Positions 1 to 11,150 are shown, counted from the first letter of the stretch. The stretch is 64,000 nucleotides of DNA from Vulcanimicrobiota bacterium (GCA_963820825.1 CAWGBN010000009.1:32001-96000); one strand, 5' to 3'. The notes: a model not told the origin generated them from the sequence alone. Numbers and translations: made by a program.

Positions 1-1
1 G

Positions 2-886
2 GATTGGATTCCGTTCGTCTCGCTGATCATCGTCGGCATCTTGCTGGTGGCGAGCATTGCTCTGCTCGCCATGCTCGTCAATCAGGTCGCGGAGCTGCGC
101 ATCACGCGAATACTCGCATACGTCGGCGAGCGTGGGCGAGCGCTGATCGCCCTCATGCCCGACGCAGCCGAGACGCAGCCCGCCGCCGTCCCGCTCGCGT
201 CACCGACGCGAGCCGTCGTCTATTCGGGAGAGCTAATGGTCTTGATTGCGATCGACAAGGCCGGCCTGGCTGAGCTCGCACGAACTGCCGGAGCGACGAT
301 CCAACTCGAATACGCGATCGGCGACACGCTCTATCCAAAGAGCGTTCTTGCGCGAGTCCATGGCGCGCGCGAGCCGATCGAGGAGGCTCGCCTTCTCGCC
401 TCGCTGCGTTTGCGTCAGGAGAACTCTTACGAATGCGACGTCCGGTTCTCGCTGCGGCTCTTGGTCGACACGGCGATCATGGCGCTCTCGCCGGCGGTGA
501 ACGATCCCACGACGGCGGTCGAGGCGCTCGACCAGATTCTCGACCTCATGATGCATTTGGGTCAAAAACGCGACGACGGGCGAGTCACTGATGCGCGGGG
601 CGGCCCGCTGCTGATCTACCCGGCTCCAACGTGGAACGATCATCTCTCGCTTGCCTTTGACGAGATTCGTCGCTACGGGATCGACGCGCTGCAGGTCGTT
701 CGCCGTCTTCGCGCGGCGCTCGTTCGTCTTGCCGATGCGGTCGAAGGCGATCGGCGCGAGGCCGTACTCGAGTATCGCCGGCGCCTCGATGCCGAAATCG
801 AACGGCGCGAATCCGATCCGGCCGATCGCGCGACCGCGCTTGGAATCGACCCGCAGGGTCTCGGCTTAACGCGTGATTGGCGCTAG
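2..886 (+). CDS. DUF2254-family predicted membrane protein (5' end outside window)
   Basis: Frame open from the window edge; motif [12 protein letters not shown] and the DEIRRYG..QVVRRL tail typical of DUF2254. Confidence 0.8.
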   Translation, partial: DWIPFVSLIIVGILLVASIALLAMLVNQVAELRITRILAYVGERGRALIALMPDAAETQPAAVPLASPTRAVVYSGELMVLIAIDKAGLAELARTAGATIQLEYAIGDTLYPKSVLARVHGAREPIEEARLLASLRLRQENSYECDVRFSLRLLVDTAIMALSPAVNDPTTAVEALDQILDLMMHLGQKRDDGRVTDARGGPLLIYPAPTWNDHLSLAFDEIRRYGIDALQVVRRLRAALVRLADAVEGDRREAVLEYRRRLDAEIERRESDPADRATALGIDPQGLGLTRDWR

Positions 887-1926
887 GCGCTCACCGCACG
901 GCGGTCGTCTGAGAAGACCGCGACGTCGCGTGGGGTGAGGAAGACCTCTTCCCCCTTCTGCAAGCCCATCGAGCGAAAGCGCTCCTGCGCCATCTCGGCG
1001 TGGACGGTGGCACCCCACTCGGTGACCGCTTCGACCTTGACGAGCGGACCGGCGGCGTTGATGTGCTTGACCGTTGCGCGAAAATAGTTGGCGCCGATCG
1101 GTTGCCGCGTAATTTCCAACGCGTGCGGACGCACGAAGACGAGATCTCCGGTCGGCTCTCCGTGGACGCGCGCCGTCCCCTCATCGATGCGACCGTGAAA
1201 GAGGTTGACGTTCCCCAAGAAATTGTAGACGAACGAGGTTGCCGGCTGGTGATAGACCTCGTCCGGCGTGCCGACCTGCTCGATTCGGCCGCGGTTCATC
1301 ACCGCGACGCGATCGGCGACTTCCAAGGCTTCGTCTTGGTCGTGCGTTACGAAGACGCTGGTTACGCCGACGTCGTCGTGAAGCTGTCGCAGCCAGCGGC
1401 GCAGCTCCATCCGAACCTTGGCGTCGAGCGCACCGAACGGCTCGTCCAAGAGCAAGACGCTCGGCTCGACGGCTAACGCACGGGCGAGTGCGACGCGCTG
1501 GCGCTGGCCCCCCGAAAGCTGCGAGGGATAACGCCCGGCTTGCGTGCCCAGTTGAATGAGATCGAGCAACTCGCCGACGCGCCGCCGAATATCGGCCGAA
1601 GACGGTCTCGTCCGGCGCGGGCGAACGCGCAGCCCGAAGGCGACGTTCTCGAAGACGGTCATGTGGCGAAAGAGCGCGTAGTGCTGAAAGACGAAACCGA
1701 CGCGCCGTTCGCGCACGGTTCGGTCGCCGACGTCTTGGCCGTCGAATGAAATCGTCCCCGATTCCGCATTCTCGAGTCCGGCGATGATCCGCAGCAGCGT
1801 CGTCTTGCCCGAGCCCGAGGGGCCGAGCAGCGCGACGAGGCGCCCGCGGGGAATCTCGAGGTCGACGGCGTCGAGCGCGGTAAAGCTTCCGAACTTCTTG
1901 GTGATCTGACGGACGGCGATGCTCAT
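883..1926 (-). CDS. cysA: Sulfate/thiosulfate ABC transporter ATP-binding protein
   Basis: [30 protein letters not shown]-terminal TOBE-like domain; start MSIAVRQ overlaps the cysW stop. Confidence 0.95.
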   Translation of the reverse strand: MSIAVRQITKKFGSFTALDAVDLEIPRGRLVALLGPSGSGKTTLLRIIAGLENAESGTISFDGQDVGDRTVRERRVGFVFQHYALFRHMTVFENVAFGLRVRPRRTRPSSADIRRRVGELLDLIQLGTQAGRYPSQLSGGQRQRVALARALAVEPSVLLLDEPFGALDAKVRMELRRWLRQLHDDVGVTSVFVTHDQDEALEVADRVAVMNRGRIEQVGTPDEVYHQPATSFVYNFLGNVNLFHGRIDEGTARVHGEPTGDLVFVRPHALEITRQPIGANYFRATVKHINAAGPLVKVEAVTEWGATVHAEMAQERFRSMGLQKGEEVFLTPRDVAVFSDDRRAVSA

Positions 1927-2795
1927 ACTCTCTCTCCATGGAGTTTTCCGGCCCGCCACTCGACGACGCTCTTGACCACGAGCGTTGCGAGCGCCAGGAG
2001 CGCCAAAAGCGACGCCACCGCAAAAGCCGGAACGAACTGATAGTCGTTGTAAAGAACCTCGATCTGCAGCGGCATCGTATCGGTGAGTCCGCGAATGTGG
2101 CCCGAGACGACGGAAACCGCGCCAAACTCCCCCATCGCGCGGGCGTTGCAGAGGATCACCCCGTAGAGCAGCGCCCATTTGACGTTCGGCAGCGTCACCC
2201 TCAAAAAGGTCTGCCAGCCGCCTGCGCCGAGCGTGATCGCGGCCTCCTCTTCATCGTTGCCCTGGGCGGCGATGAGCGGGAGCAGCTCGCGCGCGATGAA
2301 GGGAAAGGTGACGAAGATCGTCGCGAGCACGATGCCGGGAACGGCGAAGATGATCGCAATGCCGTGTGCGCTCAACCACGGCCCCAAGACGCCCTGCGCG
2401 CCGAAGAGCAACACGTAGGTAAGGCCGGCGACGACCGGCGAGACGGAGAACGGCAGATCGATCAGCGAGATCAGCAGGCTCTTGCCGAAGAATTCGAACT
2501 TGCCGATCGCCCAGGCCGCCGAAACGCCGAAGACGATATTTGCGGGAACCGCGATGACCGCCGCCAGAAGCGTCAAACGAATCGCGGAGAGCGTATCGGG
2601 GTTGGAGAAGCTTCGAAGGTACGCGAGCACGCCGTGACCGAACGCGGTCGCGAAGATCAAGGCCAGCGGCGCCAAGAGGAAGACCGCTAGGAAAACGACC
2701 GACGTGCCGATCAGGAGCCATCGTACGGCCTTCGATTCGCCGACGGCAGAAGGCGTAGCGGTGCGAGCGGCGACAGCCGGAAATGCGTTAACCAA
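1923..2795 (-). CDS. cysW: Sulfate ABC transporter permease CysW
   Basis: [17 protein letters not shown] loop, [17 protein letters not shown]. Confidence 0.95.
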   Translation of the reverse strand: MVNAFPAVAARTATPSAVGESKAVRWLLIGTSVVFLAVFLLAPLALIFATAFGHGVLAYLRSFSNPDTLSAIRLTLLAAVIAVPANIVFGVSAAWAIGKFEFFGKSLLISLIDLPFSVSPVVAGLTYVLLFGAQGVLGPWLSAHGIAIIFAVPGIVLATIFVTFPFIARELLPLIAAQGNDEEEAAITLGAGGWQTFLRVTLPNVKWALLYGVILCNARAMGEFGAVSVVSGHIRGLTDTMPLQIEVLYNDYQFVPAFAVASLLALLALATLVVKSVVEWRAGKLHGERV

Positions 2796-3639
2796 CGGCC
2801 CGAGCCTCCCGCGACCCGCTCCATCGCTGGAGCGCGTTGATCGCGGCGAGCAGGACGAACGAGAGCGTCAGCATCACGACGGCGATCGCCGTTGCGCCGG
2901 CGTAGTCGTACTCCTCGAGCTTCGTGACGATCAAGAGCGGCGCGATCTCGGTACGCATCGGCATGTTGCCGGCGATGAAAATCACCGAGCCGTACTCGCC
3001 GACGCCGCGGGCAAATGCCAGCGCGAAGCCGGTGAGCGCGGCGGGGAAAATTGCCGGATAGATCACGCGAAGAAAGGTCTTCAACCGGCTCGCTCCCAGA
3101 CTGGCAGCCGCCTCTTCGAGCTCGCGATCGAGATCCTCGAGTACCGGCTGCACCGTGCGCACGACGAACGGAAGGCCGATGAACGTCAGCGCGACAACCA
3201 CGCCGAGCCGAGTAAATGCAACGTGGATTCCCGCCGGCGCGAGCGGTCCGCCGAACCATCCGGTCGAGGCGTAGAGCGTCGTCAGCGCTATTCCGGCGAC
3301 CGCCGTAGGAAGAGCGAAGGGCAAGTCGACGAGGGAGTCGAGAATGCGCTTTCCCGCGAACGAGTAGCGCACCAAGACCCACGCGACGAGCGTGCCGAGA
3401 ACGAAGTTTACGAACGCGCCGACGAGCGAGGCGCCGAAGCTCAACTCGTACGACGCGAGCGCGCGCGGCGTCGTCGTCGCGTGCCAGAACTGATGCGCCC
3501 CCATGCGCCCCGCTTCGACGAACGTCACTGAGATCGGAATCAACACGACGAGTGATAGGTAGCACAGCGTGAAGCCGAAGGTTAATCCGAACCCGGGAAT
3601 GATGCTCGGTCGCCGGAAGGAGGCGAGTTTTGCGAACAT
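2788..3639 (-). CDS. cysT: Sulfate ABC transporter permease CysT (CysU)
   Basis: DLPFALPTAVAG, GLPFVVRTVQPVL, GEYGSVIFIAGN. Confidence 0.95.
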   Translation of the reverse strand: MFAKLASFRRPSIIPGFGLTFGFTLCYLSLVVLIPISVTFVEAGRMGAHQFWHATTTPRALASYELSFGASLVGAFVNFVLGTLVAWVLVRYSFAGKRILDSLVDLPFALPTAVAGIALTTLYASTGWFGGPLAPAGIHVAFTRLGVVVALTFIGLPFVVRTVQPVLEDLDRELEEAAASLGASRLKTFLRVIYPAIFPAALTGFALAFARGVGEYGSVIFIAGNMPMRTEIAPLLIVTKLEEYDYAGATAIAVVMLTLSFVLLAAINALQRWSGSREARAVG

Positions 3640-3641
3640 GG

Positions 3642-4655
3642 CTATTGGTTGGACTGATAGATTTGATCGAAGACGCCGCCGTCGGCGAAGAACTGTTGCT
3701 GGGCTTTACGCCAGCCGCCGAACTTGTCGATGTCGACCAGCTTCATCGACGGGAACTGCGCGGCGTACCGGTGCGCCACCGAGGCGAGGCGCGGCCGGAA
3801 GTAATGACGCGCGATGATCTCTTGCCCTTGCGGTGTGAAGAGATACTGCAAGTACGCCTCCGCGACCGCGCGCGTCTGTTTCTTGGCGACCACGGCGTCG
3901 ACGAGCGCGACCGGCGGTTCGGCCAGGATGCTCAACGACGGCCGCACGATCTCGAAGCGCCCGACCCCGAGCTTGTCGACCGCTAGAAGCGCGTCGTTCT
4001 CCCAAGCGATCTCCACGTCGCCGATTCCGCGCTCCACGAAGGTTGTGGTCGAGCCGCGGGCGCCCGAGTCGAGGACGGGAACGTTTTTGTAGAGCTTGGT
4101 AACGAAGTCTTTGGCCGCGGCGGCGTTGTTGCCGTTATGCGCCAGCGCGTAGGCCCAGGCCGCCAAGAAATTCCAGCGGGCGCCGCCCGAGGTCTTGGGA
4201 TTCGGCGTAATCACCGCGACGCCGGGCTTTATGAGATCCTCCCAATCGCGGATGTGCTTGGGATTGCCTTGCCGCACGAGAAAGACGATGGTCGAGGTGT
4301 ACGGCGTGCTCTTATACGGCAGCCGCGTCTGCCAGTTGGGTGGAAGCAACTTCGCTCTGTCCGAAATCGCGTCGATGTCGTAGGCCAGCGCGAGGGTCAC
4401 CACGTCTGCTTGCAGACCGTCGATGACCGCTCGCGCCTGCTTTCCGGAGCCACCGTTTGATTGCTGCACGGTAACGCTCTGCCCCGTCTTCTTCTTCCAG
4501 TAGGCAGCGAAGACGGCGTTGTAGTCGTCGTACAGCTCGCGCGTCGGATCGTACGACACGTTGAGAATCGTCGTGGGTGAAGGGGCCGCGCCGGCGTTAA
4601 CCCCCAATGCCAGCGCCAGCGCGGCCGCGATGGATAGCCAGATAAATTTACGCAT
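3642..4655 (-). CDS. sbp: Sulfate-binding periplasmic protein
   Basis: Signal peptide; [37 protein letters not shown]. Confidence 0.95.
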   Translation of the reverse strand: MRKFIWLSIAAALALALGVNAGAAPSPTTILNVSYDPTRELYDDYNAVFAAYWKKKTGQSVTVQQSNGGSGKQARAVIDGLQADVVTLALAYDIDAISDRAKLLPPNWQTRLPYKSTPYTSTIVFLVRQGNPKHIRDWEDLIKPGVAVITPNPKTSGGARWNFLAAWAYALAHNGNNAAAAKDFVTKLYKNVPVLDSGARGSTTTFVERGIGDVEIAWENDALLAVDKLGVGRFEIVRPSLSILAEPPVALVDAVVAKKQTRAVAEAYLQYLFTPQGQEIIARHYFRPRLASVAHRYAAQFPSMKLVDIDKFGGWRKAQQQFFADGGVFDQIYQSNQ

Positions 4656-4657
4656 GG

Positions 4658-6742
4658 TTAGAAATCGTACTCCAACATCGCTCGGTTGTATTTGAAGATC
4701 GGCAGACCGCCCAGGTAGGTCGCGCCGATTGAAGAGCCGGCCGGACAGTCGGTGGCCGCCGCTCCGCAATAGGTGTTCGAAAGGTAGCGCTCGCCGTAGC
4801 GATAGCGCAGGAGCAATCCGTGATACGGGCCTTTTCCGACGTGGCTGAAGTAATAGCGTCCGTCGAGCCACCAGATCTTGGTGTTTTCGGGCACGAGCGC
4901 GTTGTCGTAATCGTATCCGGCATCGGCCGCTTGAAATATCCACTTCTTATTGGTCGAGATGAACTGGAGCACCGTCTGCCACGAGGTACCCGGCGCACGC
5001 CGATCGACTTCGCCCTGCATGAAGTTTGTCGTATATAACGGATCGCTGGTCGTGTTATCCGTGTACGGGCTGGCCCAGCCGCCGTAGTAGATCGAGGTCG
5101 TCCCGTTCGGATTGGTAAAGCACTGGCCCGTGTTCAGCGGCAAGAAATAGGCGAGCGTCGCTTTTGCCGAGATTTGATAGTTTGAGTTGCTGCACGTCAC
5201 GCCCGACGGCAGATAGACGGTATCGTTATGCCATGGAATCGAATCGTAGGCGACCGTAAGCGAGATGTTCTTCGTGAAGTTTGCGCCGATTTGGGCGCCG
5301 ATCACCTGACTATCGATTTTGCCGAGATAGGATTGTCCGCTATTGTTCTCCCAGCCGCCTTGCATCGCAACGAACGGCGCCCATTTACCCGGGAAGGTGT
5401 ATCGGCCGTCAAACCACTGTATGTTGGCGAGATCGGCGATTTGATAGAAATAGCCGTTGACGCCCAGGCCGCTCCCGGATGGATTGTTATAGCCAACCCT
5501 GGCGTACGTAAAGCCGTTGGTTTGGATTCCATTGCCGCCCGGAACGATGATGTTGGACGGCAAGCCGCTACTGCCGGCCGGATAACTCGTCAGCAAGGTG
5601 TTCTGGGTGAACGACGAACTGGTGCGGCCCTCGAAGGCGAACATATCGGCCGCGCCGACCGTCCAACCCGACGGCGTCGTGTAGTTCAAATACGCGCCTT
5701 GGTACGCTTCAGGTTTTAAGCGCGTATCGGCCGGTCCCGCCCACGGCGTGTTGAAGAGCACGTTGCCCGCTTGACCGTCGAAACCGTGCGCCTTATAGCC
5801 GACGTAGGCCTGATAGAACGTGCTGAGCGTGAATCCGGGGAGCGTGTCGTCGGGGTTGGTGTTCGGCGGCGTCTGAATGACGCAGACGGCGCCTTTGGCG
5901 TGGTTTGCCGGAACGACGCACGGACCGTCGATGGGATTCGCGTACAGATACGTGCCGCCGACGTCGAAGCCGTTCGGAAAGTCATACTGCGCGTGCACGG
6001 CGATCGCGCTGTTCCAACTCGCCTGATTGACGCCGTTCGAGTTATATTTTGCGCCCGGTGAGAAGTTGAACCGCGTGCCGGGATTATTCGACGCATTCTG
6101 GCGCGTGAAGTAATACGAACGGAAGAATCCACCCAGCGTCAGCGGGTTCGGCGTCGGCCGAGGTGGCGGCGCGACCGTCGCCACCGGAGCCGGCGGCGAG
6201 GGGGCCTCGGTCGGCATCGGCACCGGTTCGACGTAGCGAACGATTACGAGCCGGCGGTCGGGCACCCACTGGACGTATCCGCCCATCCCTTCGGAGATCA
6301 CCCGAATCGGCACCATCACGACGCCGTGATAGACCATCGGCGGAACGTCGAGCGGACGCGATTCGCCGTTCACGACCACCTCGGCTTTGCCGACGGTGAC
6401 GACGACTTCGGCGCCGGGCTTCGAGATGGTGGCGATCTTGGTGGACGGGTCGTACGAGACGCTCGCGCCCATCTGCTCGAACATCGAGCGCAGCGGCACG
6501 TAGATCGCACCGTTGCGCGCGTAGGCCGCGAGCACGCGTCCCTGCTTGAGCAGGTCGGGAGTGGCGTACACGTGGCGGTCGTTATAGAGGATCGGGATCT
6601 CGCCGGCGGGCGGCGAGCCGAAATCGGGCGGCGCCGGAGAAGCGGCTTGCGCGATAGGCGCCGCCTGCGATTGGGCCGCTGCAGGGATCGTGCCGCCAAG
6701 AAGCACTACCGCAAAGCCGAGAGCAGCGAATAGGGACTTCAT
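4658..6742 (-). CDS. Outer-membrane beta-barrel protein with N-terminal copper amine oxidase-like (stalk) domain; sulfate-operon paralogue
   Basis: AGGAGG RBS, signal peptide, [15 protein letters not shown] and [11 protein letters not shown] stalk motifs, Pro-rich linker, aromatic alternating strands, C-terminal EYDF; ends 2 bp before the sbp start. Confidence 0.75.
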   Translation of the reverse strand: MKSLFAALGFAVVLLGGTIPAAAQSQAAPIAQAASPAPPDFGSPPAGEIPILYNDRHVYATPDLLKQGRVLAAYARNGAIYVPLRSMFEQMGASVSYDPSTKIATISKPGAEVVVTVGKAEVVVNGESRPLDVPPMVYHGVVMVPIRVISEGMGGYVQWVPDRRLVIVRYVEPVPMPTEAPSPPAPVATVAPPPRPTPNPLTLGGFFRSYYFTRQNASNNPGTRFNFSPGAKYNSNGVNQASWNSAIAVHAQYDFPNGFDVGGTYLYANPIDGPCVVPANHAKGAVCVIQTPPNTNPDDTLPGFTLSTFYQAYVGYKAHGFDGQAGNVLFNTPWAGPADTRLKPEAYQGAYLNYTTPSGWTVGAADMFAFEGRTSSSFTQNTLLTSYPAGSSGLPSNIIVPGGNGIQTNGFTYARVGYNNPSGSGLGVNGYFYQIADLANIQWFDGRYTFPGKWAPFVAMQGGWENNSGQSYLGKIDSQVIGAQIGANFTKNISLTVAYDSIPWHNDTVYLPSGVTCSNSNYQISAKATLAYFLPLNTGQCFTNPNGTTSIYYGGWASPYTDNTTSDPLYTTNFMQGEVDRRAPGTSWQTVLQFISTNKKWIFQAADAGYDYDNALVPENTKIWWLDGRYYFSHVGKGPYHGLLLRYRYGERYLSNTYCGAAATDCPAGSSIGATYLGGLPIFKYNRAMLEYDF

Positions 6743-6795
6743 TACGAGAAGGGTCCTCCTGCTAAAGAAAGAGACTCGCGTCAACTTCCCGCTCC

Positions 6796-6827
6796 ATTAT
6801 AGATAACCTTGGTCAATAACCAAAGTT
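6796..6827 (-). promoter_or_regulatory. Promoter (-10 TATAAT) with upstream inverted-repeat operator for the porin-sbp-cysTWA operon
   Basis: TATAAT at 6801-6796; AACTTTGGT-N5-ACCAAGGTT at 6827-6805. Confidence 0.6.
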
Positions 6828-6830
6828 TTT

Positions 6831-6871
6831 AAATTAAGAAACCGCCCCCGGGCAATAGGCCCGAGGGCGGC
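6831..6871 (-). terminator. Intrinsic terminator after the upstream porin paralogue
   Basis: CCGCCCTCGGGC/GCCCGGGGGCGG stem followed by TTTCTTAATTT on the minus strand. Confidence 0.7.
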
Positions 6872-6895
6872 GGAAGGCTCGTTGCGAGGGGCTTC

Positions 6896-8983
6896 CTAGA
6901 AGTCGTACTCGAGCTGAGCGCGGTTGTACTTAAAGAGCGGCAGGCCGCCGAAGTAGGTGGACCCGATCGAGGACCCTGCTGGGCAGTTGGTCGCCGCCGC
7001 GCCGCAATAGGTGTTGGAGAGCGTGCGGTCCATATACCGGTAGCGTAGCGTCAGACCACGATACGGTCCCGGCTTCACCGCGCTGAAGTGATAGAGGCCG
7101 TCGAGCGTCCAGTCGCGGGTATCTTCCGCCGAGAGCGCGTTCCCGTAGTTGTACCACGCGTCGGTCGCGATGAAGACCCACTTCTTGTTCGTCGACGTGA
7201 ACTGCAGCGCGAGTTTCCACGAGCTGCCCGGCGCGCGGCGATCGGCCATGCCTTGATCGATGCTGGTCGTGAACAACGGGTCGGTTGCGTATGCGTCGGT
7301 GTACGGGCTCGCCCATCCGCCGTAGTATATCTGCGTCGTGCCGTTGGCGTTGTTGAAGCACTGTGCGGCGTTCGACGGTAGGAAGTATGCGAGCGTGGCG
7401 CCCTTGGCCGTGATCTGATAGTTCGAGTTACTGCAGGTTACGTTCTTCGGAAGGAACACGGTGTCGGTCTTCCACGGAATCTGGTCGTAGCCGGCGGTAA
7501 AGAGCAGGTTCTTGGTGATATGGGCGCCGATCTGCGCGCCGAAGACCTGGCTGTCGATCTTTCCGACAAATGACTTGCCGTTATTGCTTTCGCTTCCGCC
7601 TTGAAGGGCGATGTACGGCTTCCACGGACTCTGGCCGAACGTATACTGCGCGTCACCCCACCACATCGTGACGATGTCGCTGACGCCGTAGAAGTAGCCG
7701 TTTACGGCAATTCCATTTGGATTGTCGTAGCCGAGCTTCCCGAAGGTAAATCCGTCGGTGTTGATACCGTTACCGTTAGGCAGGTAGATGTTCGAAGCGA
7801 GGCCGGGGTTGCCGGCGGGATAGCTCGTGAGCAGGGTCTGCTGCGTGAACGACGAGCTCGTCCGGTTCTCGAAGGCGAACATATCGGCACCTTCGATGGT
7901 CCAGTACGACGGCGCGGTGTAACTGAGATAGGCGCCCTGGAAGGCGGCCGGCTTGATGCGCGAATCCGACGGATTCGCCCACGGCGTGGTGAAGAGCACG
8001 TTGCCGAGCTGACCGTCGAAACCGTGCGCCTTATACCCGGCGTACGCTTGATAGAACGTGCTCAGCGTGAATCCGGGGAGCGTGTCGTCGGGGTTGGTGT
8101 TCGGCGGCGTCTGAATGACGCAGACGTTGCCTTTGAGGTGATTGGCCGGGACGACGCACGGGCCGTCGATGGGATTTGCGTAGAGATACGTGCCGCCGAT
8201 ATCCCAGCCGTTGGGAAAGTCGTACTGGCCGTGAAGCGCGATTCCGTAGTTTAGACTCGCCTGGTTGACGCCGTTGGAATTATATTTGGCGCCGGGTGAA
8301 AAGTTGAACTGCGTACCGGGATTATTCGACGCATTCTGGCGCGTGAAGTAATACGAGCGGAAGAATCCGCCCAGCGTCAGCGGATTCGGCGTTGAGGGCG
8401 GCGGCGGCGCGACCGTCGCCGCGGGAGCGGGTGGCGGCGGCGCCTCGGTCGGCGGCGGCGTCGCTTCGACGTAGCGTACGACGACCAAGCGCCGGTCGGG
8501 CACCCACTGGACGTATCCGCCCATCCCTTCGGAGATCACCCGAATCGGAACGAGCACGACGCCGTGATAGACGATCGGCGGAACGTCGAGCGGACGCGAT
8601 TCGCCGTTCACGATCACCTCGGCTTTACCGACCGTAACGACGACTTCGGCGCCGGGCTTGGAGATCGTAGCGATTTTGGTGGACGGGTCGTAGGAGACGC
8701 TCGCGCCCATCTGCTCGAACATCGAGCGCAGCGGCACGTAGATCGCACCGTTGCGCGCGTAGGCCGCGAGCACGCGTCCCTGCTTGAGCAGATCGGGAGT
8801 GGCGTAGACGTGACGATCGTTATAGAGAATCGGAATTTCGCCCGAAGGCGGTGCGCCGAAATCGGCCGGCGAAGCGGACGTCTGCGCCACTGGTGTCGCC
8901 TGCGTTTCCGCCAGCGCCGAAGACGTGCCGATTAGAACCATCGCCGCTGCGGCAGGCGCAGCGCGCAAAAGGATGCGTATCAC
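6896..8983 (-). CDS. Outer-membrane beta-barrel protein with N-terminal copper amine oxidase-like (stalk) domain; pho-side paralogue
   Basis: Same architecture as 4658-6742 and visibly similar along the whole length; AGGAG RBS, GTG start, ends EYDF. Confidence 0.75.
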   Translation of the reverse strand: MIRILLRAAPAAAAMVLIGTSSALAETQATPVAQTSASPADFGAPPSGEIPILYNDRHVYATPDLLKQGRVLAAYARNGAIYVPLRSMFEQMGASVSYDPSTKIATISKPGAEVVVTVGKAEVIVNGESRPLDVPPIVYHGVVLVPIRVISEGMGGYVQWVPDRRLVVVRYVEATPPPTEAPPPPAPAATVAPPPPSTPNPLTLGGFFRSYYFTRQNASNNPGTQFNFSPGAKYNSNGVNQASLNYGIALHGQYDFPNGWDIGGTYLYANPIDGPCVVPANHLKGNVCVIQTPPNTNPDDTLPGFTLSTFYQAYAGYKAHGFDGQLGNVLFTTPWANPSDSRIKPAAFQGAYLSYTAPSYWTIEGADMFAFENRTSSSFTQQTLLTSYPAGNPGLASNIYLPNGNGINTDGFTFGKLGYDNPNGIAVNGYFYGVSDIVTMWWGDAQYTFGQSPWKPYIALQGGSESNNGKSFVGKIDSQVFGAQIGAHITKNLLFTAGYDQIPWKTDTVFLPKNVTCSNSNYQITAKGATLAYFLPSNAAQCFNNANGTTQIYYGGWASPYTDAYATDPLFTTSIDQGMADRRAPGSSWKLALQFTSTNKKWVFIATDAWYNYGNALSAEDTRDWTLDGLYHFSAVKPGPYRGLTLRYRYMDRTLSNTYCGAAATNCPAGSSIGSTYFGGLPLFKYNRAQLEYDF

Positions 8984-9025
8984 GATATTTGGTTCTCCTG
9001 GAGAGCATTGAGGGGTCTGTTAACG

Positions 9026-9070
9026 AGTCTAGCGCTCGGCGATTAAGGTCTTCTTAACTACCGCTTAAGC
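9026..9070 (-). promoter_or_regulatory. Pho-box-like 11-bp direct repeat array plus candidate -10
   Basis: TTAA at 9043, 9054 and 9065 (exact 11-bp period); TAGACT at 9031-9026. Confidence 0.55.
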
Positions 9071-9098
9071 GGAGATACCGGAAGCGACGCGACGGACG

Positions 9099-9914
9099 TT
9101 ATCCGAATCGGCCGGTAATGTAATCCTCGGTCCGCTTGTCTTTGGGCTTGGTAAAGATCGCGGCGGTCGTGTCGGCCTCGACCAGCTCGCCGAGCAGAAA
9201 GAAGGCGGTATTGTCGCTGATTCGTGCGGCTTGCTGCATCGAATGGGTCACGATGACCACGGTGTACTGATTCTTGAGCTCCTCGATCAGGTCTTCGATC
9301 TTGCCGGTGGCGATCGGGTCGAGCGCCGAGGCGGGCTCGTCCATCAGAATCACCTCGGGATCGACCGCGAGGCAGCGGGCGATGCAGAGGCGCTGCTGCT
9401 GTCCGCCCGAGAGGTCGAGCGCGGATCGATCGAGACGATCTTTCACTTCGTCCCACAGCGCGGCTTGGCGCAGACTGCGTTCGCAGATCTCGGTCAACTG
9501 CGACGCGCTGCGCTCGCCGTGAATTCGCGGGCCGTAGACGACGTTGTCGTAAATCGATTTCGGAAACGGATTCGGGCGCTGAAAGACCATCCCGATCCGG
9601 TAACGGATCGTTACCGGATCGATCTCCGGTGCGTAGATGTCGCGATCGTCGAGCAGCACCTTTCCTTCCACGCGCGCGCCCGGCGTAAGATCGTGCATGC
9701 GGTTGAGCGCGCGAATGAAGGTGGACTTGCCGCATCCCGACGGGCCGATGAGCGCCATGACGCGGTGAACGGGAACGTGCAGCGAGGCGTCTTTGATTGC
9801 ACGAAAAGCGCCGTAGTAGACGTTGAGATTCTCGACGTCCATCTTCGCTTGCACCGAGAGTGCCGCCGGATCCTCGACGTGGGTAAACATCTTCTCCGCC
9901 GCTTCGTCGCTCAC
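9099..9914 (-). CDS. pstB: Phosphate ABC transporter ATP-binding protein
   Basis: [30 protein letters not shown], ends DYITGRFG. Confidence 0.95.
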   Translation of the reverse strand: MSDEAAEKMFTHVEDPAALSVQAKMDVENLNVYYGAFRAIKDASLHVPVHRVMALIGPSGCGKSTFIRALNRMHDLTPGARVEGKVLLDDRDIYAPEIDPVTIRYRIGMVFQRPNPFPKSIYDNVVYGPRIHGERSASQLTEICERSLRQAALWDEVKDRLDRSALDLSGGQQQRLCIARCLAVDPEVILMDEPASALDPIATGKIEDLIEELKNQYTVVIVTHSMQQAARISDNTAFFLLGELVEADTTAAIFTKPKDKRTEDYITGRFG

Positions 9915-9959
9915 GGCGTCCGGGCCCGTCCTGCGTTAAGAACGTTAAGACGCACTACA

Positions 9960-11150
9960 TTACGCTCCGCTCTCTCGCTTGATGCGCATGATCGGCAAGC
10001 GAATCGTAAACGAAGTCCCGCGGCCGAGCATCGACTCGGCCGAGATCGCACCGCCGTGCGCGTCGACGATTCCCTTGACGATCGCGAGTCCCAGGCCGGC
10101 GCCGCCGCTACCGCGCGTGCGCGAGCGATCCACCACGTAAAAGCGCTCGAAGATATGGGGCAGATCGCGATACGGAATGCCCTCGCCGGTATCGCGAACG
10201 CGCAGCACCGCGTCGCTGTCGCGGGCGTCGAGCTCGACGCGGATTCGCCCGCCTCCCGACGTGTGGCGCAACGCGTTGTCGATTAAGTTCACGAAGACTT
10301 GGGCGAGCCGGTCCGGATCGACCTCGACGCGCACCGGACGCAGCGCGGCCAGTTCGAGCGAGATGCCTTTATTCGAAGCCTGCTGCTCGAACGAAGCGAC
10401 GATCGGCCGCGCCACCTCTTCGAGATCGACGTCGCGGAGATGGAGCTTGAGTTGACCCGACTCCGCGCGCGCCTGTTCGAGAAGCTGATCGACGAGCGCG
10501 GTGAGCCGGTCGACCTGCGCGAGCGCCTGCGGCACGAAGAGATCGCGCGCCTCTTCTTCGGGCGCCTCGAGCACCGTTTCGAGCATCAGCTTGATCGACG
10601 AGAGCGGCGTGCGTAACTCGTGCGAAACGTTGGAGAGAAACTCCTTACGCGCGCGATCGAGACGCAAGAGCGCCGTCTGATCGTCGGAGAAGATTACGAC
10701 GCGGCGCGAGTCGGCGCCGTTCTCGGTGAGCGGGTAGACCGAGACGCGATAGGTTCGTTGGCCGGAGGCGCCGGTCAGCAGCAGCGGCGCGACGGAGGCT
10801 TCGCCGCGCAGCGCGTCGCCGATTCTGCGCTCCAGCTCGACGTTCGGTATCGCCTCGATGACGTGCAGATTGAGCGCGCGATCGGGATCGAAGCCGAAGG
10901 TCGTTCCCGCCGCGGCATTCGCGAACTCGACGTGACAGGTGCGGTCGACGAGGACGACGCCGATCGGAAGCGCGCGCACCAGCCGGGCGAATGCGCTATC
11001 GACCGAAATAGCAGCGCCGGCCGATTCGATTCGAGGCACCGGCTCGGCAAGCGGCGATCCTCGCTCCGGCGCCGCACGCAGGCGCGCAACGGCGAAGCCG
11101 CCGGCGAGCCCTACGGCGAGCGCGAGCAGCGACCACTCGATCGGGGTCAA
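9960..11150 (-). CDS. phoR: PAS-containing sensor histidine kinase, PhoR-like
   Basis: One N-terminal TM helix, PAS-like region, NVSHELRTPL H-box, IFERFYVVDRSR, GLGLAI; TTG start overlaps the regulator stop; next to pstB. Confidence 0.8.
   Translation of the reverse strand: MTPIEWSLLALAVGLAGGFAVARLRAAPERGSPLAEPVPRIESAGAAISVDSAFARLVRALPIGVVLVDRTCHVEFANAAAGTTFGFDPDRALNLHVIEAIPNVELERRIGDALRGEASVAPLLLTGASGQRTYRVSVYPLTENGADSRRVVIFSDDQTALLRLDRARKEFLSNVSHELRTPLSSIKLMLETVLEAPEEEARDLFVPQALAQVDRLTALVDQLLEQARAESGQLKLHLRDVDLEEVARPIVASFEQQASNKGISLELAALRPVRVEVDPDRLAQVFVNLIDNALRHTSGGGRIRVELDARDSDAVLRVRDTGEGIPYRDLPHIFERFYVVDRSRTRGSGGAGLGLAIVKGIVDAHGGAISAESMLGRGTSFTIRLPIMRIKRESGA

Noticed and set aside
4658..8983. 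True copper amine oxidases or TonB-dependent receptors
   Set aside because: No catalytic amine oxidase domain; no recognisable TonB box or plug, and the barrel region looks too short for a 22-strand receptor
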